The notes: generated by a model from the letters alone, not told the origin. Shown: positions 49,891 to 62,398, numbered from the stretch's first letter. The stretch is 64,000 nt of DNA from Nitrospirales bacterium (GCA_965203295.1 CBDBCZ010000016.1:832001-896000); one strand, 5' to 3'. Made by a program: numbers and translations.

Positions 49891-52854
49891 TTACACCATG
49901 GTGACAATCACCTTCCCTCGTGTGTGTCCACTCTCAACGTGTTTGTGTGCAGCCACGATCTCGTCCAGTGCATACACAGCAGCGATGAGGGGGCGGATCT
50001 CCCCTCGCTCCACCATTCCCCGCACTTCCTCAAGGGCCTCTGCATTTGGCTCTGCTATGGAGTAGTAGAAAGCCCGGCCGTAGAACAGCCGATTCAGCGC
50101 GACCTTGAAGCGATAGAACCACGAGAACAACAGACCTCCAAAGAACGTACCAAACCTTGCGATGAAGTACAATTTTGGAGACCGTATGCTGACGTAAACG
50201 CCGTTCCCGAAGCACTTCAGCACACTCAGAGAAGGTCTTTCGTACACATAACCAACTGTGTCAAACACAAGATCGTACTCCTTCAGGGTTGTGGCGAAAT
50301 TTCCCGTTGTGTAGTCGATAGCTTTGTCGGCTCCAAGACGATGTGCGAGGGAGATATTGCCGGTGGAGCAGGTTGTGGTGACCTCTGCACCCCAGGCCTT
50401 CAGCAGCTGGATCGCAAACGAGCCAACACCTCCAGTTCCAGCATGCACGAGGACCTGTTTCCCCCTTGCATTACCTCTGTTGAGACCGCCCAGCTGGACC
50501 AGTGCAGTCCACGTAGTGACAGCAACCCACGGGAGGGAGGCTGCTTCACGGTGATCGACGTTGCAGGGCTTGAAGGCCAGCTCACTCTCTCTCATGGTGA
50601 CATACTCGGCATGGGTGCCTTGGCGTGCGAACGAGACAGCCCCATATACGAGATCTCCCGGCAAGAACTTCTTCACGTTGTCCCCTACTGCAACCACCTC
50701 ACCAGAGCAGTCTCGCCCGACAATCAGCGGAAAGAACTTCTTCCTGGTCATTCGAGAAATTCTGCGAAAGAAATCTGCGCCATAGCCCCGTCTCATGCCC
50801 AAGTCAATTGGGTTGATGGATGCAGCATGGACTCGAACTAGGACATCCTCCGGATGAAACTCACCCACGAATCGAGGGTCGATTTGTAGGACTTTGTCGG
50901 AACCTCCAAACGTGTTGCAGATGGCAGCCCTGTGGCGGGAATACTGCTGCTGGAATTGGGGTGCTCTTTGAATGTGAAGGCCTCTTAGCAGCCAGAACAC
51001 CCCTAGTCCAATACACACTAAGCTCTTGATGGGTAACTCGCTGTATTTGAACAGTAGGAAAGCGGTACCAGCGCTGGTCACAGCATCACGGAGGAGGGTC
51101 GGAGGCTGCTGATGTGACACAGGGTGGGGTGAAGTTGCAGGGATCCTCTTTGGTGGTGTGTCACCAACAACGGTGCTGACAATCTTCTTGGCTTCTAGCG
51201 AGCTAGGCTGGCAGTCCGACCTCCACGCTACCACGCCATCAGGACGAACAAGGAAGTACTTTCGATCATAGCAGGCCACGAGCTCTGGAAGCTTGGGGTA
51301 GGAGTACGTCTCATAGGGCAAGCCCCTGGTCCTCATTTCTGCCTTGAGGTCATCCAGATTACTCTCCTCTCCTCCAATGGTCAGTAAAACGAACTGCTTT
51401 CCGAATAGGTCAAGGATTGTGGCACAGTCCGGCAGTGCTACGTGAGGGGCACGACAACCAGGCAGCAAGGAAGGTACAAACCTTGTTCTGGTGCTGGCAT
51501 TCAGCTTGACCTTGCCAAAGGAGTCGTACTCGTGCATGATCACAGGGGAGTTGATGTACTGGAAGCCGAGGACAATATCAATCCCCAGGGTGACCTGAGC
51601 ATTCAAGGATCTTCCCATCACACGACCAAGTACGAAACGGGTCAACGGGTTGGAAACTAGGAACGGCAGTATCTTCAGTCTAAATTCCTCCATGCCCTCT
51701 GTACCACCAATAGAGAGAGCAAACCGTCGGGCAATATCAGCCATTCGCATGCGCTCAACCTGGTAAGAATTAAGCAGATACGGACCACCGAATCCCTTCA
51801 AGACGGCTTCCAATTTCCAGGCAAGGTCAGCAACATCGCTCAGCCCGGTATTCATTCCCAAGCCACCAGCGGGGAGCCATTGGTGGGCACTGTCACCGGC
51901 CAAAAAGCAACGACCTTCCTGGTACTTCGTGGAGACGAGGGCGTGCATGTTGTAGCCTGAGGCTGCAACTACTGTGTGGGGTAGGTTTACACCCACGGCA
52001 TTGACTATGCAGCGAGAGGCATTGCGAACATATTCCTGGAGGACCTCGTCACTGGTGTTTGGGGGAAGTACGACATGGAGAGCAAAGTCCGCATTGGCGT
52101 TTAGCGTGATCAGAAATCCGGACCCTTTCTTGCTGACAACCACACAAAACCCCAACTGATCTCTTTCCTTCATCCGCGTATAGAGCTCTGTAGACTTGAA
52201 AGTGATGCTACATGCTCTGACAATCACAAACTCACCGTACGTGTGGATTCCAAGCTGCTTTCGAATCGGGCTAGACCCTCCATCACATGCAATGAGGTAC
52301 TTTGCTTTGAAGACTTTTTCCGAAGGATCATTTTCAGAGCTGGCACTACAGACTGCTCGAATTGTGACTCCATTCTCGTCCTGAGCTAGCGACATCACTT
52401 CCCAGCCCCAAAACGTCTTAACATTGGGGCAAGCCTCGATATGCTCCTTCAGCACTGGCTCAAGGGCAGTCTGTGGGCACACCATAGGGATGGCAACAGA
52501 CGCCCCAGGTTGATAGAACAGGAATGTTTTCCCCGGAATACCATCCACAATCTCCCCCCAAGACGCAAACTTCTTCCTCCACATCGTTGAACCACCTAAG
52601 ACGCTTGTTCGAACCGAAGCGTTAAATGACATGTCTCTTGGGTAAGCCGCATCCATCACTTTTTGCTGTAGCCCAAGCCTTCGGTAGTGCTCCATGGTTC
52701 GGGAGCTGACGTAAGCAGCCTTGGCAAGGACAGAGGTTGATGTTTTCTTCTCGACCACAATGGACTTTATGCCTCGGTAGGACAGTTCGGCAGCCATTGT
52801 GAGACCCACGGGCCCCCCGCCCACAATCAACACATCCATCTCCTCACTTGCCAT
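49891..52854 (-). CDS. Intronless fusion: FAD-dependent aromatic-ring monooxygenase + hydrophobic linker + RTN4IP1-like MDR NAD(P)H (quinone) oxidoreductase
   Basis: 987-aa ORF with ACCATGG start context. N-terminal part: GGGPVG, ACDGGSS, LAGDSAH..AGGLGMNTG..DLAWKL, PGCRAPHV, LVRPDGVVAWR. C-terminal part: VRVHAASINPIDLGMRRGYG, FPLIVGRDCSG, AGTGGVG, QLLKAWGA, HTRGKVIV. Confidence 0.93.
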   Translation of the reverse strand: MASEEMDVLIVGGGPVGLTMAAELSYRGIKSIVVEKKTSTSVLAKAAYVSSRTMEHYRRLGLQQKVMDAAYPRDMSFNASVRTSVLGGSTMWRKKFASWGEIVDGIPGKTFLFYQPGASVAIPMVCPQTALEPVLKEHIEACPNVKTFWGWEVMSLAQDENGVTIRAVCSASSENDPSEKVFKAKYLIACDGGSSPIRKQLGIHTYGEFVIVRACSITFKSTELYTRMKERDQLGFCVVVSKKGSGFLITLNANADFALHVVLPPNTSDEVLQEYVRNASRCIVNAVGVNLPHTVVAASGYNMHALVSTKYQEGRCFLAGDSAHQWLPAGGLGMNTGLSDVADLAWKLEAVLKGFGGPYLLNSYQVERMRMADIARRFALSIGGTEGMEEFRLKILPFLVSNPLTRFVLGRVMGRSLNAQVTLGIDIVLGFQYINSPVIMHEYDSFGKVKLNASTRTRFVPSLLPGCRAPHVALPDCATILDLFGKQFVLLTIGGEESNLDDLKAEMRTRGLPYETYSYPKLPELVACYDRKYFLVRPDGVVAWRSDCQPSSLEAKKIVSTVVGDTPPKRIPATSPHPVSHQQPPTLLRDAVTSAGTAFLLFKYSELPIKSLVCIGLGVFWLLRGLHIQRAPQFQQQYSRHRAAICNTFGGSDKVLQIDPRFVGEFHPEDVLVRVHAASINPIDLGMRRGYGADFFRRISRMTRKKFFPLIVGRDCSGEVVAVGDNVKKFLPGDLVYGAVSFARQGTHAEYVTMRESELAFKPCNVDHREAASLPWVAVTTWTALVQLGGLNRGNARGKQVLVHAGTGGVGSFAIQLLKAWGAEVTTTCSTGNISLAHRLGADKAIDYTTGNFATTLKEYDLVFDTVGYVYERPSLSVLKCFGNGVYVSIRSPKLYFIARFGTFFGGLLFSWFYRFKVALNRLFYGRAFYYSIAEPNAEALEEVRGMVERGEIRPLIAAVYALDEIVAAHKHVESGHTRGKVIVTMV

Positions 52855-53894
52855 GGTGGGGGTTAACGTCTTTAACTGTTTTCAACAGCTGGTTACCAGC
52901 AGTGTTGCGATAGCTGGGAAAAGGGAAAATGATAGTGATACAGGATCTTATCATTTGGGAGGATGAACAAGTTTGAATATTCAATTAGGACAGCTTGCCC
53001 GGTGCACCAAGCTCAACAGTCAAGTTGGAAGCAAAAGTAGTTCTTGCATGAAACTACCTTCATGGCAAATCGCACTGTACGTACATGTACGTATGGTTTC
53101 TGTCGTTTGTGAAACAAAAACGACACTTCTGGTATAATTTTAATAATAAACCATGGATGATGGTGGGCAAATAAATTTATGAGGTATGGCACTTTTCAGA
53201 AGGCTTTAATGCGCATTTAGGCCTATTAATATTACACAACACTTACGAGTAATTCGTTGATACTCAGGCGGCCACGCTGCTTAGCGCTTGCTTGCTACGC
53301 CAGACTAGCCGCTGCGGCTCGCACGCATAGATCTACAGTCGAATTAATTAATAATTAATTAACTCTCTGGGCCGCACGTGCATATTATGCATGGCGCGTG
53401 GTCTAGATCCTGCCTTTTATTTTGTCATTTCGGCTGATAAGGGATGGTTTCTCTCAGTGTGCACGGATTCCTGCCGACTATATCCTCCATCCTTGGCTCT
53501 GTAAGGTAAGATATTTGTATACACCGGTACTATTAAGCTCCATGCTATCTATATCCTTTATGCAGTGTAGGAGGTATCAAATTATGTGATTATTCACAGC
53601 TGGTACCTGGGTTGATAGCATGCAGGCAGGGAAAATGATTGGTTTACTGAAACAATGGGCTATTCTAGTGAATGAGTACCAGGATCAAATCGGAGAATGG
53701 CACCTCAGGGGCATGGCAGCGCTAGCGGAAGTCATGTGATCTAACCCTAAGCCTTCCGACTTGACATGATGCCACTTCAACTTGATTTGTTGTTTTACAG
53801 GGCCTGACTGACCCAAAAAAAATTTAAATGCAATAAGAATAAAAATGAAGTAGTTTAAAATTATGCGCATGCACGAGGAACCTTGAGGGGGAGG

Positions 53895-54448
53895 AGTCTC
53901 GTGCCCAGACCGTCACTCCTCCCCCTCGCTGAAACGGTCTGGCGACTCCAAGTCCAGAAGGTTGTTTAAATGGATACGATGTGTGCAGAGTAATGAGTGG
54001 TTTAATTGCAGTTAGTGAAGTAGTTTATACTTCAAAGCTGTATACAAGTTACTACTGTCTCTACAAGGATCGTTTGTACACAAATCTTGACTGAAAACTA
54101 GCCACAGTACTGTACAGAATGCAACGTGAACAAGGTACGGTAACTTGCTTTTCAAAGCTACCACGATTTGCTCTTTTCATAAGCCCTGCTTTTGACGACA
54201 TTACGGTTATCTAACCTTCCGAGCTGCATAAAGAACAGTATCTTTAGCCAGCTGATTCAAATGGCTGCCTAACTCTGCCCAAAACAGCTAACATTGCTTT
54301 TTCTTTACCGTATAAGCATTCTTTTGTGTAATAATACTGCAATCTCATTGGATCTGCCTGGAATGCAATTGGGTGAAACTACCTTTTGGACTTGGGTCGC
54401 CAAACCGTTTCAGTAAGAGGGAGGAGTGACGGTCTGGGCATGAGACTA
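53895..54448. mobile_element. MITE with ~72-bp terminal inverted repeats (TAGTCTC family)
   Basis: AGTCTCGTGCCCAGACCGTCACTCCTCCC...AAGGTTGTTT at 53895-53967 is the imperfect reverse complement of 54376-54447. Confidence 0.8.
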
Positions 54449-55398
54449 GGCAGGGAGGGAGTAGAGGTCTGGGCATGAGAGTGGAGGTCTGGGTATGAGA
54501 ATGGAGGTCTGGGTATGAGAATGGAGGTCTGGGTATGAGAGTGGAGGTCTGGGTATGAGAGTGGAGGTCTGGGTATGAGACTGGAGGTCTGGGTATGAGA
54601 GTGGAGGTCTGGGTATGAGAGTGGAGTCTGGGTATGAGAGTGGAGGTCTGGGTATGAGAGTGGAGGTCTGGGTGTGAGACTGGAGGTCTGGGTATGAGAC
54701 TGGATGTCTGGGTATGAGACTTGAGGTCTGGGTATGAGAGTGGAGGTCTGGGTATGAGAGTGGAGGTCTGGGTGTGAGAGTGGAGGTCTGGGTATGAGAG
54801 TGGAGGTCTGGGTGTGATAGTGGAGGTCTGGGTATGAGAGTGGAGGTCTGGGTATGAGAGTGGAGGTCTGGGTGTGAGAGTGGAGGTCTGGGTGTGAGAC
54901 TGGAGGTCTGGGTATGAGACTGGAGGTCTGGGTATGAGACTTGAGGTCTGGGTATGAGAGTGGAGGTCTGGGTATGAGAGTGGAGGTCTGGGTGTGAGAG
55001 TGGAGGTCTGGGTATGAGAGTGGAGGTCTGGGTGTGAGAGTGGAGGTCTGGGTATGAGACTGGAGGTCTGGGTATGAGAGTGGAGGTCTGGGTATGAGAA
55101 TGGAGGTCTGGGTATGAGAGTGGAGGTCTGGGTGTGAGTGGAGGTCTGGGTGTGAGAGTGGAGGTCTGGGTGTGAGAGTGGAGGTCTGGGTATGAGAGTG
55201 GAGGTCTGGGTATGAGACTGGAGGTCTGGGTATGAGAGTGGAGGTCTGGGTATGAGAGTGGAGGTCTGGGTGTGAGTGGAGGTCTGGGTGTGAGAGTAGA
55301 GGTCTGGGTGTGAGAGTGGAGGTCTGGGTATGAGAGTGGAGGTCTGGGTATGAGAGTGGAGGTCTGGGTATGAGACTGGAGGTCTGGGTATGAGACTA
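54449..55398. repeat. Minisatellite with 20-bp unit GGAGGTCTGGGTRTGAGAST, roughly 47 copies
   Basis: Directly visible tandem array with occasional 18-19-bp variant units. Confidence 0.97.
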
Positions 55399-56132
55399 CT
55401 GCATTTTCCCATGCAGCAGAGCTGGCTATCCAGTGAGCCGTGCAGCCACTATTGCTGCAGCAGCCGTGAGGCACTCCAGTAGTGCGGTGGCAGAGACCAA
55501 GCACAGCGGATCTCAGATTGGAGCAGCCCCTAATAATGTGAGTCTGCAAGAGATGTGCATCTGAGATGTACAGCTTATAGAGTATAGCTATAAGCTCTTC
55601 TGAAAGGAGGTGGTCAATTCTTCAATCAAACCAATTAATGAGTTGCGGTTCTGGTTTGCTGTAGCAAGGTTTATGAAAGCTGCTGTAACCTAGTGAGATG
55701 GTTTGTCTTGATGCTATCAATGGGGTGTAACTAGCACTTACATCTGGCCACAGTGCAGTTCTGACAAACATGTAACCAGTTACTCTAAGTGATAGTTGCA
55801 GTTTTCTTACGCCATACAAGTAGGCCTCCACATCTGGAATCCATGTTTTGTCCTAGTCATGGCTTCATTAAGGCAGTAATTGAGTATTGTAGCAACATTC
55901 TTTCATGAAAATTAATACATGGCAGTCCTTTATGAACGGTAATTAACCTGCATTGTTTCTCCTTCGATAAATACTGCCATGAAGTCATAGAAATACTTAG
56001 TAGGTTCTGGATCCCAAAAAAATCCAAATGTAGGAGTGGAAACTGTTCCAGTTCCCACCTTGTTTGGTTAGTTTTTTTCCAACCATGCTGTGTATGTGGA
56101 ATTTGTTATGCGGGGTGATGAGATGTCCAAAT

Positions 56133-56291
56133 AGACCCTTTACCATATAATGTAAAAGGAGGCACTAAATGGAGACAATACACGAAAGCATGCAAGTTTT
56201 TGTGCTTTCATGCAAAATTTAAACAAAAGCATGTAATTTTCCATTTAGTGCCTACTTTTACCCCGCATTGCATCATAATGGTAAAGGGTCT
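56133..56291. mobile_element. Short palindromic MITE
   Basis: AGACCCTTTACCAT..GGCACTAAATGGA versus TCCATTTAGTGCC..ATGGTAAAGGGTCT. Confidence 0.7.
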
Positions 56292-59200
56292 GTGGACTTG
56301 TGTGTTGAAAGCGCTTTCGTGAATCATCTCACTTGCAAATAGATTAAATTTGCTCTGGGTTGAAGATAGCATTTCATAGTGGGGAAATTTCTCATTGCAT
56401 ATGTAGTTGGTTTGGGGAGGAATTAGGGTGTTCCCCTTAAAAGTGATATGTAGTTATAGTGACCAGTACACTCTGTAGTGTATATGTATATATCAAAAGT
56501 TGTGACCAGTAGAATCTGTAGTATGTGTGAGGGAGACAAGAGTTGTCTGCACTGTGAGCAGCTTCAATTGTTTATTACTGCTGAACATGGCAGATGTTGG
56601 ATTGAGGTGATGGGAGGATGAGTGGTGTCGAGGCATGTTGCTGTGACAGATAATTTAGTTATTGACAAAAAGCAATGATGGCAAAACTCCCGAACAATCT
56701 TCGATCTCCGTGAATCAAGCAGTTTCTATCTAGTGTCACACGGATGAATGACTGCCTACCCCCTCCAGTATCACTCATACCTTATAATTATACGCTATAC
56801 TTAGATGAGTGACTGGGTGGGTCTTTTCCGTATTTGTATCACGAAACTATAATCAGCCATGTGAGTAAGTCTATTTGTTTTTATAGCTGCAGTTTGTGTA
56901 ACTTCTGCAGTCACAAACTAGCAGACCAGAACAGACAGCACAACCGGAGGTGTGGGCTTTTAATAGATGAACACGTGGTGGCAGGCAGTCTGCGCATGCG
57001 CAATTCTAGTCATAAAATGGCGTGAAACAGCAAGCGTCTACTCGAGAGTTTTCGGAAGCTCAATTCTTTGAAAATACTATCAGAGAGTCGGTAGACTCTC
57101 TATGTAGGGATGGCACGGACACTCCATATACGCAATATAAAATCAGAACTTTTTAAATCTCTCCAAAAAATTACTTTTAAGCTTTCATAGGCACCTAACC
57201 TTCATTTTCGGGGGTTTCTGCAACCAACAAGGCTCACAAAGTTGCCAAAAAGCTTCGCTAAAGTAGAAAACAGGAAGCTGGCTGAACTACCAGTTTGTTC
57301 ACGTTCTAATAATAATTCTGGTTTCTTGTTCTTCTTCAACGAGGCTAGCTCAAAATTGGTTCAAGTGATTGCCGTGATTGTAGCACGAAAGATCTTCATT
57401 TTCGAGCGCGCAGGTCCACGACAACATCATCTTCATAACGATCAAACCGATTCTCGAATGTGCTATACAGTGCGCTCTCTCGAGCTCTGCAGTCCAGTTT
57501 TACGCCATTTTATTATTTGTACGCATGCGCGGAGATTGTCACATGACATCCACTTGGCAACCAGAGATCGTCATCGTGTGCTTTATTTCACTGCTACTGG
57601 AGTGTTGTTCTTCGGCAAATGGATCAGTGAACTTATTCATGCGGCTGGAATAATTACTTAGAGTGCACCTTTTTACCAAGGTGAGTAGCTATTATAAGAA
57701 CTTACTCGTGTCAGTATGAAGACAGCTAGCCCAACTGCGTATGTGCGTTAAATAGAGTATGGATGCATAGAGCTAGGCTGGCTACATCTTCACTGGGCGA
57801 GGAAAGCCTCCGTACCTCACTCAAATAATTCTAGGCAAGGAAAGCCTGGGTATGAAGCATTCTCATGGTCTAGACTCACTTGGGGGGAGTGAGGCTCAGA
57901 GTTTCCATGTCAACTACAAGACTAAAAAGTGATTACCGCAACATGAGAGTAAATGGCATTTCTTCTGCTGGATAGAAGTTCAGCTATTCACAACTAAAGC
58001 CCAAACAGAAAATTGTGGTCGAGGCGTTAGATCTAGTGTCATAGCAAGCTGATCGCTGCTGTGCGGTTAGTATTAGTTATTAATTCTGCATTCTTTACAC
58101 GCGACCAGTCTGGAATAATCACATTCTTCCATGGCACAGAATGCTGTCCGTAGTGTCCAGACTCACTCCTCCCCCCTTTAAGTTGGGGTGTCCACGTTGA
58201 CACGCCAAATTTACCTCTGTCTCTGAAACTTTCTGTCTGCGTTTTCAGGTACCATGAATTGCTTTTCCTTACTTGCTATCTATTGTCTTTACCTTTGGCG
58301 GTGCGGTCGGCTCGTTATGCATCTTAAGATAGAGCTCCAAATAGAGGTGGAGGTTTTTTGGGTGGGAGGGAGATGCCCCTAGATCTCCTTAGAATGATGT
58401 CTGGTGTTCAAAAGAATAGCCCCTTGCCTCGGCCCCACAACGAAAAATTCCTGTATTAAACCCTGATCTATACTATGACTGATCTAAAATTTAAGAAGAA
58501 CCTTTAAGGATGGAGTGCCTGTCATGTAACAACTTATTTCATCAACTGGTATCTATTATTACGCCTGGTTGTGTCCGTTCGTCGATCCGTCCGTGCGTAC
58601 GTGTGAAAAACGGAAACGGAAGCCGTATGCGCGCGCTCCCGGATGCACCTTCGACCTGTGACCAGCTCACGGTCACAGGTCAAAGTACCACGTGTCTGTA
58701 TGTGAAGTGCGAGAAGATGCTAGCTCTTTCCAGCGACTACAAGACTTAGTTTCGCGATGTCAGGCACTTTAACACAAAGGTTAGTTGCGGTATAGTCCTA
58801 GCTGTAAGGGAAAGCCAAGCAGAGATATAACTGCTATGCTAGGCTAACCATGTCGATGTGCATTAAATAGAGTTGGTGCCGTTCTCCTGCATGTAGCCTG
58901 TGGTATAGCTAGGCTACAGTGCTAGCTCGCCTGTTTGGTCTAGCACCTGTTTGTAGTCTCTCCTCTGAGTCACTACCTCTGGTTAGAATATGGTGAACAT
59001 GCAAGTAGCCATGCTGAGAATAATATCAGTGCCATTCACGTGATATGTAGCTAGGCTATGGCTGTGAAGAGCTAGGCAGTAGTCCCAGCATGCCTAAACT
59101 GTTTTACAGCTGATTGTAGTCTTCTCTGTAGTGCTGTCTCCACACTTCAGTCTGCCAGCAACACTACTAGCTAAATGTACCCTACAAACCAACAAATCAC

Positions 59201-59333
59201 ATGCAGATTGCATCTTTAATCTCTATCTGTACAGAGCGAGCGAGTTCAACAAACACAACTACTTGTAATTATTTAATGTTATACTGTGAATTATCTATTA
59301 CTGATTCTAGCAAGCATAAAAAAAAACACAGAA

Positions 59334-60053
59334 ACAAGAAAATGAAAAATTTCAAAAAAATTTAAAAAGATGTAGGGATGGAGTGCCAAAAAGCAAGAAA
59401 ACAAGGGTAGGGATGGCATGAACGCAACATACACAGCCCCATCCCTACATCTTTTTCACATGTCTACTGCATTGATGGTCTAATTAATGCTTAATGGCAT
59501 AGCTGTCCTTCCTGTGGGCAGCACTGAGAAGAGGGTGGCCGTTGATGTGTATTGAGATTTAACCTGTGCATGTACCTTATGTTTAATTTCAGCCTCCTTA
59601 GTAACCCAGACATACTTTTACTAATAAGCCTGAATACACACTGTGTGTATGTTTGCTTGTATATAAACATGTACACTGTACAATGTATATACATGCAAAC
59701 ATGCACACAGTGTGTACATCCTCATTAGTACACCACTTATTAATATAACATACAACACAGGCATAGTCAGACATATACAATAATACAATTTACTGGTTCA
59801 ACTGGTACATGCATGTAGCTGTGACATATCAGCAAACCGTGCGAAGAGGGTTGGCCGGTGCAAGTTGTCACTGGTTATGGGTATGACATCAATAATTGTA
59901 TTGCAGCACTACGGTTGCAGTGATATGTGAAAAAGATGTAGGAATGGGGCTGTGTATGTTGCGTTCATGCTATCCCTACCCTTGTTTTCTTGCTTTTTGG
60001 CTCTCCATCCCTACATCTTTTTAAATTTTTTTGAAATTTTTTCATTTTCTTGT
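59334..60053. mobile_element. Element with ~128-bp TIRs (CCCTACATCTTT family)
   Basis: 59334-59461 and 59925-60053 are near-perfect reverse complements. Confidence 0.85.
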
Positions 60054-61068
60054 GTTACTAGTCTTATACCATGTGCCCGAGACTCTGCCATAAGCTAGAG
60101 CATGGTATCATACCCAGCCATTCATGCCCCAGCCTATTGTGTTGGTTATCTGTCAGAAGCCTACATATACTACGTATCTGTACTTGCTGTTTTTGCTGTC
60201 CAACTCAGTTACATTATCATTACATAGGAACTGCTGTTATCCTGGCAGTGTGAGACTACTGGTTGTCCGTAACTTGATAGCCAGTGTACCGATAGACATT
60301 ATTGAACGTTTTGAAAATATCAGAATAGTGACAAAAGATGATCTGCACACGGTGGACTTTGGCCTTGTTTGCCACACTTGTGACAGGTAACAGCGATGAA
60401 AGGACAGTTGGAGGTGGCATGGTTGTACTTTCCATGTCAGTAACACGGCAGACTTGCTGTAAGTGTTGACGAGGGGACACTGCATGAGGCTCTGTTAGTT
60501 AGTTCACTGCTGCTAAATTGAGGAAAGATACTGGGCTCTCCCCTGTCTTATGATGTTTTAGAGGGGAGAGCCTGGGGACGAGGCGATGCGCATCATGCAG
60601 TAGTGCAAACCGGTTTTGTTTGAAGGACTCACGTATGCACGTATGAAATTTGATTTCCATACACCGTTTGGCATGTGGGAAAGCACTGGACTGGGTATGA
60701 GACTGGAGGGAAATTTGGTTCCAGCATCTATTAGCTGAATAAACTGCCCTATGTAATTGCTAGCTCTGCCTAGCTAGACTCTGATCTCATACCCAGCCAG
60801 CCAGGCTCCAGACACTTGTTGTGATGGTATTCATGTGCCCTAATTACCTATTACATGAAACCCACAAGTGCTTTGTGCAAATGCTGGTATATAAACTGGA
60901 GCCTGTGAATCTACTAACTGATGTGATGGTAGTTCACCCAACCTGTTTAAGGTTTGTAAAAAATTTTGGAGGGCTTCAAATCGTTCTGAAGCCTATCTAC
61001 AAGGCCTATACACAAGGGTATAGCTAGTGACCTGTATGTTCTTGCTTATAGGTAGTGATGGGCGATAC

Positions 61069-62398
61069 CATAGATAATATATACTTCCGTAGGGATTGGA
61101 AACGGCTGTTTATCACGCCTTGATCCGCGTTGGGACGGAAGTGCATGCTGTGCGCGAATGTGATGTCATATAATGGCGTTTAACGCCGCGCCGTGCGCAT
61201 AATCTACGAGCTGTCAATCTTTTACTGCGACTGAAGAAGAGATTATGGCTAAAGCGAACCGTGGTGATGTGGCAAGAGGTAAGTCGAGATATATAAATGT
61301 AGTCTGTGGTGGGGCATGAGTCTAAATAGAGCCCCTTTGCCTATACACGTACATGTACACACTTCTATTATCTATGCTATTGCTATTCCATAGGGCTATT
61401 TCTGGATGCAGTGAGATGTGTGGTAAATGATGATGGTTTTCAGGTCCATTCCAAAGCAGTGGTGCAAGAGCAAGCCCTGCACGCAGCTTCTAAACTGGGG
61501 AAATGGTGCAAGAAAATCGACAACAGTGTACATGTATGCAGAAAGAGGCAAGAAAATTTGCAGAGGACTCGTCTTCTGTTCAGCTGTCCCAGAAACCATC
61601 TTCTCCACTTGTTTGCTCCTCCGCTTGCTTCTGTGCTTGCTTCTTTCTTCTTCATTCTTTCTATGGACGCTCAGTCTGTGCTTTCTCCCCATTCTAGAGT
61701 AATAAATACAGTATTCGTTATGGTGCCAAACTTTAAACGCACGTTTTAACATGCTACTGAACTTGTGGGAAAAACTTTTGATCAAGGCTTGAAGCAATTC
61801 TAATATGGTGTTCATGCAAAAGTACATGTATTTTCCTATTCTCTGATAGCTTTAGTTTGACTATTGGAATTAAACTGTGATCCTGGTAGGTACACAAAAA
61901 AAGCGATGTCAAGGTAAGCGTTTCGAAGTAAATGGTGCACCAACTGGCCAAGAAATACAATGTACCTATAAGTAAAGTACCATGCAAAACTTTAGCTAAA
62001 CTCCAAGCAAGCAATACAGTTAGAGATACTGTAAGCTGTCCCTAGGCCATGCTATAGGTACACAAAAATTTTGGCCTAGCTGCTTACCAACAGAAAAGTA
62101 CAGTACAATTGCCCCACGAGGTAAGTATTTCATTAAATGCCCACTATGGCTCAGTATATCCCTGCCACTACAGAATACGCTTATTTATATCGCTCATTAC
62201 CTGTCGTCTTATCTTTTTGTCAAACAAATCCAGCCAGAGACGGCTATGTCGCTGCACTGTCGCTGAATAAAGTGGCGAACGGCAAGTGTGACATTCCACA
62301 CATTCGTCCCAACGCGGAGCGTTTCAAGCGCTCAATACGGCAGCTAATGGGCGCACGTGATTCGTTTCCAATCCCTACGGAAGTATATATTATCTATG
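61069..62398. mobile_element. P-superfamily-like non-autonomous DNA transposon
   Basis: 36-bp TIR CATAGATAATATATACTTCCGTAGGGATTGGAAACG at both ends; 7-bp TSD GCGATAC at 61062-68 and 62399-405. Confidence 0.85.

Noticed and set aside
49858..50841. 327-aa + strand ORF
   Set aside because: Antisense shadow of the oxidoreductase coding region with no recognisable motifs.
49891..52854. Bacterial symbiont contamination
   Set aside because: No operon context or flanking bacterial genes, a Kozak-like start, an animal-like RTN4IP1 half and host repeats on both sides. This is not formally excluded without reads.
54449..55398. CRISPR array or telomeric repeat
   Set aside because: The units are head-to-tail with no unique spacers, no cas genes are present, and the unit is not TTAGGG.
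54345..55549. 355-aa and 367-aa His/Pro/Thr-rich ORFs
   Set aside because: They are read-throughs of a stop-free 20-bp minisatellite; overlapping frames give the same peptides.
56960..57660. Promoter (GCGCATGCGC, AAAATGGCG) and 139-aa ORF
   Set aside because: No downstream exons are identifiable, and the region resembles the dispersed repeat at ~11200/25770, so it is probably TE-derived.
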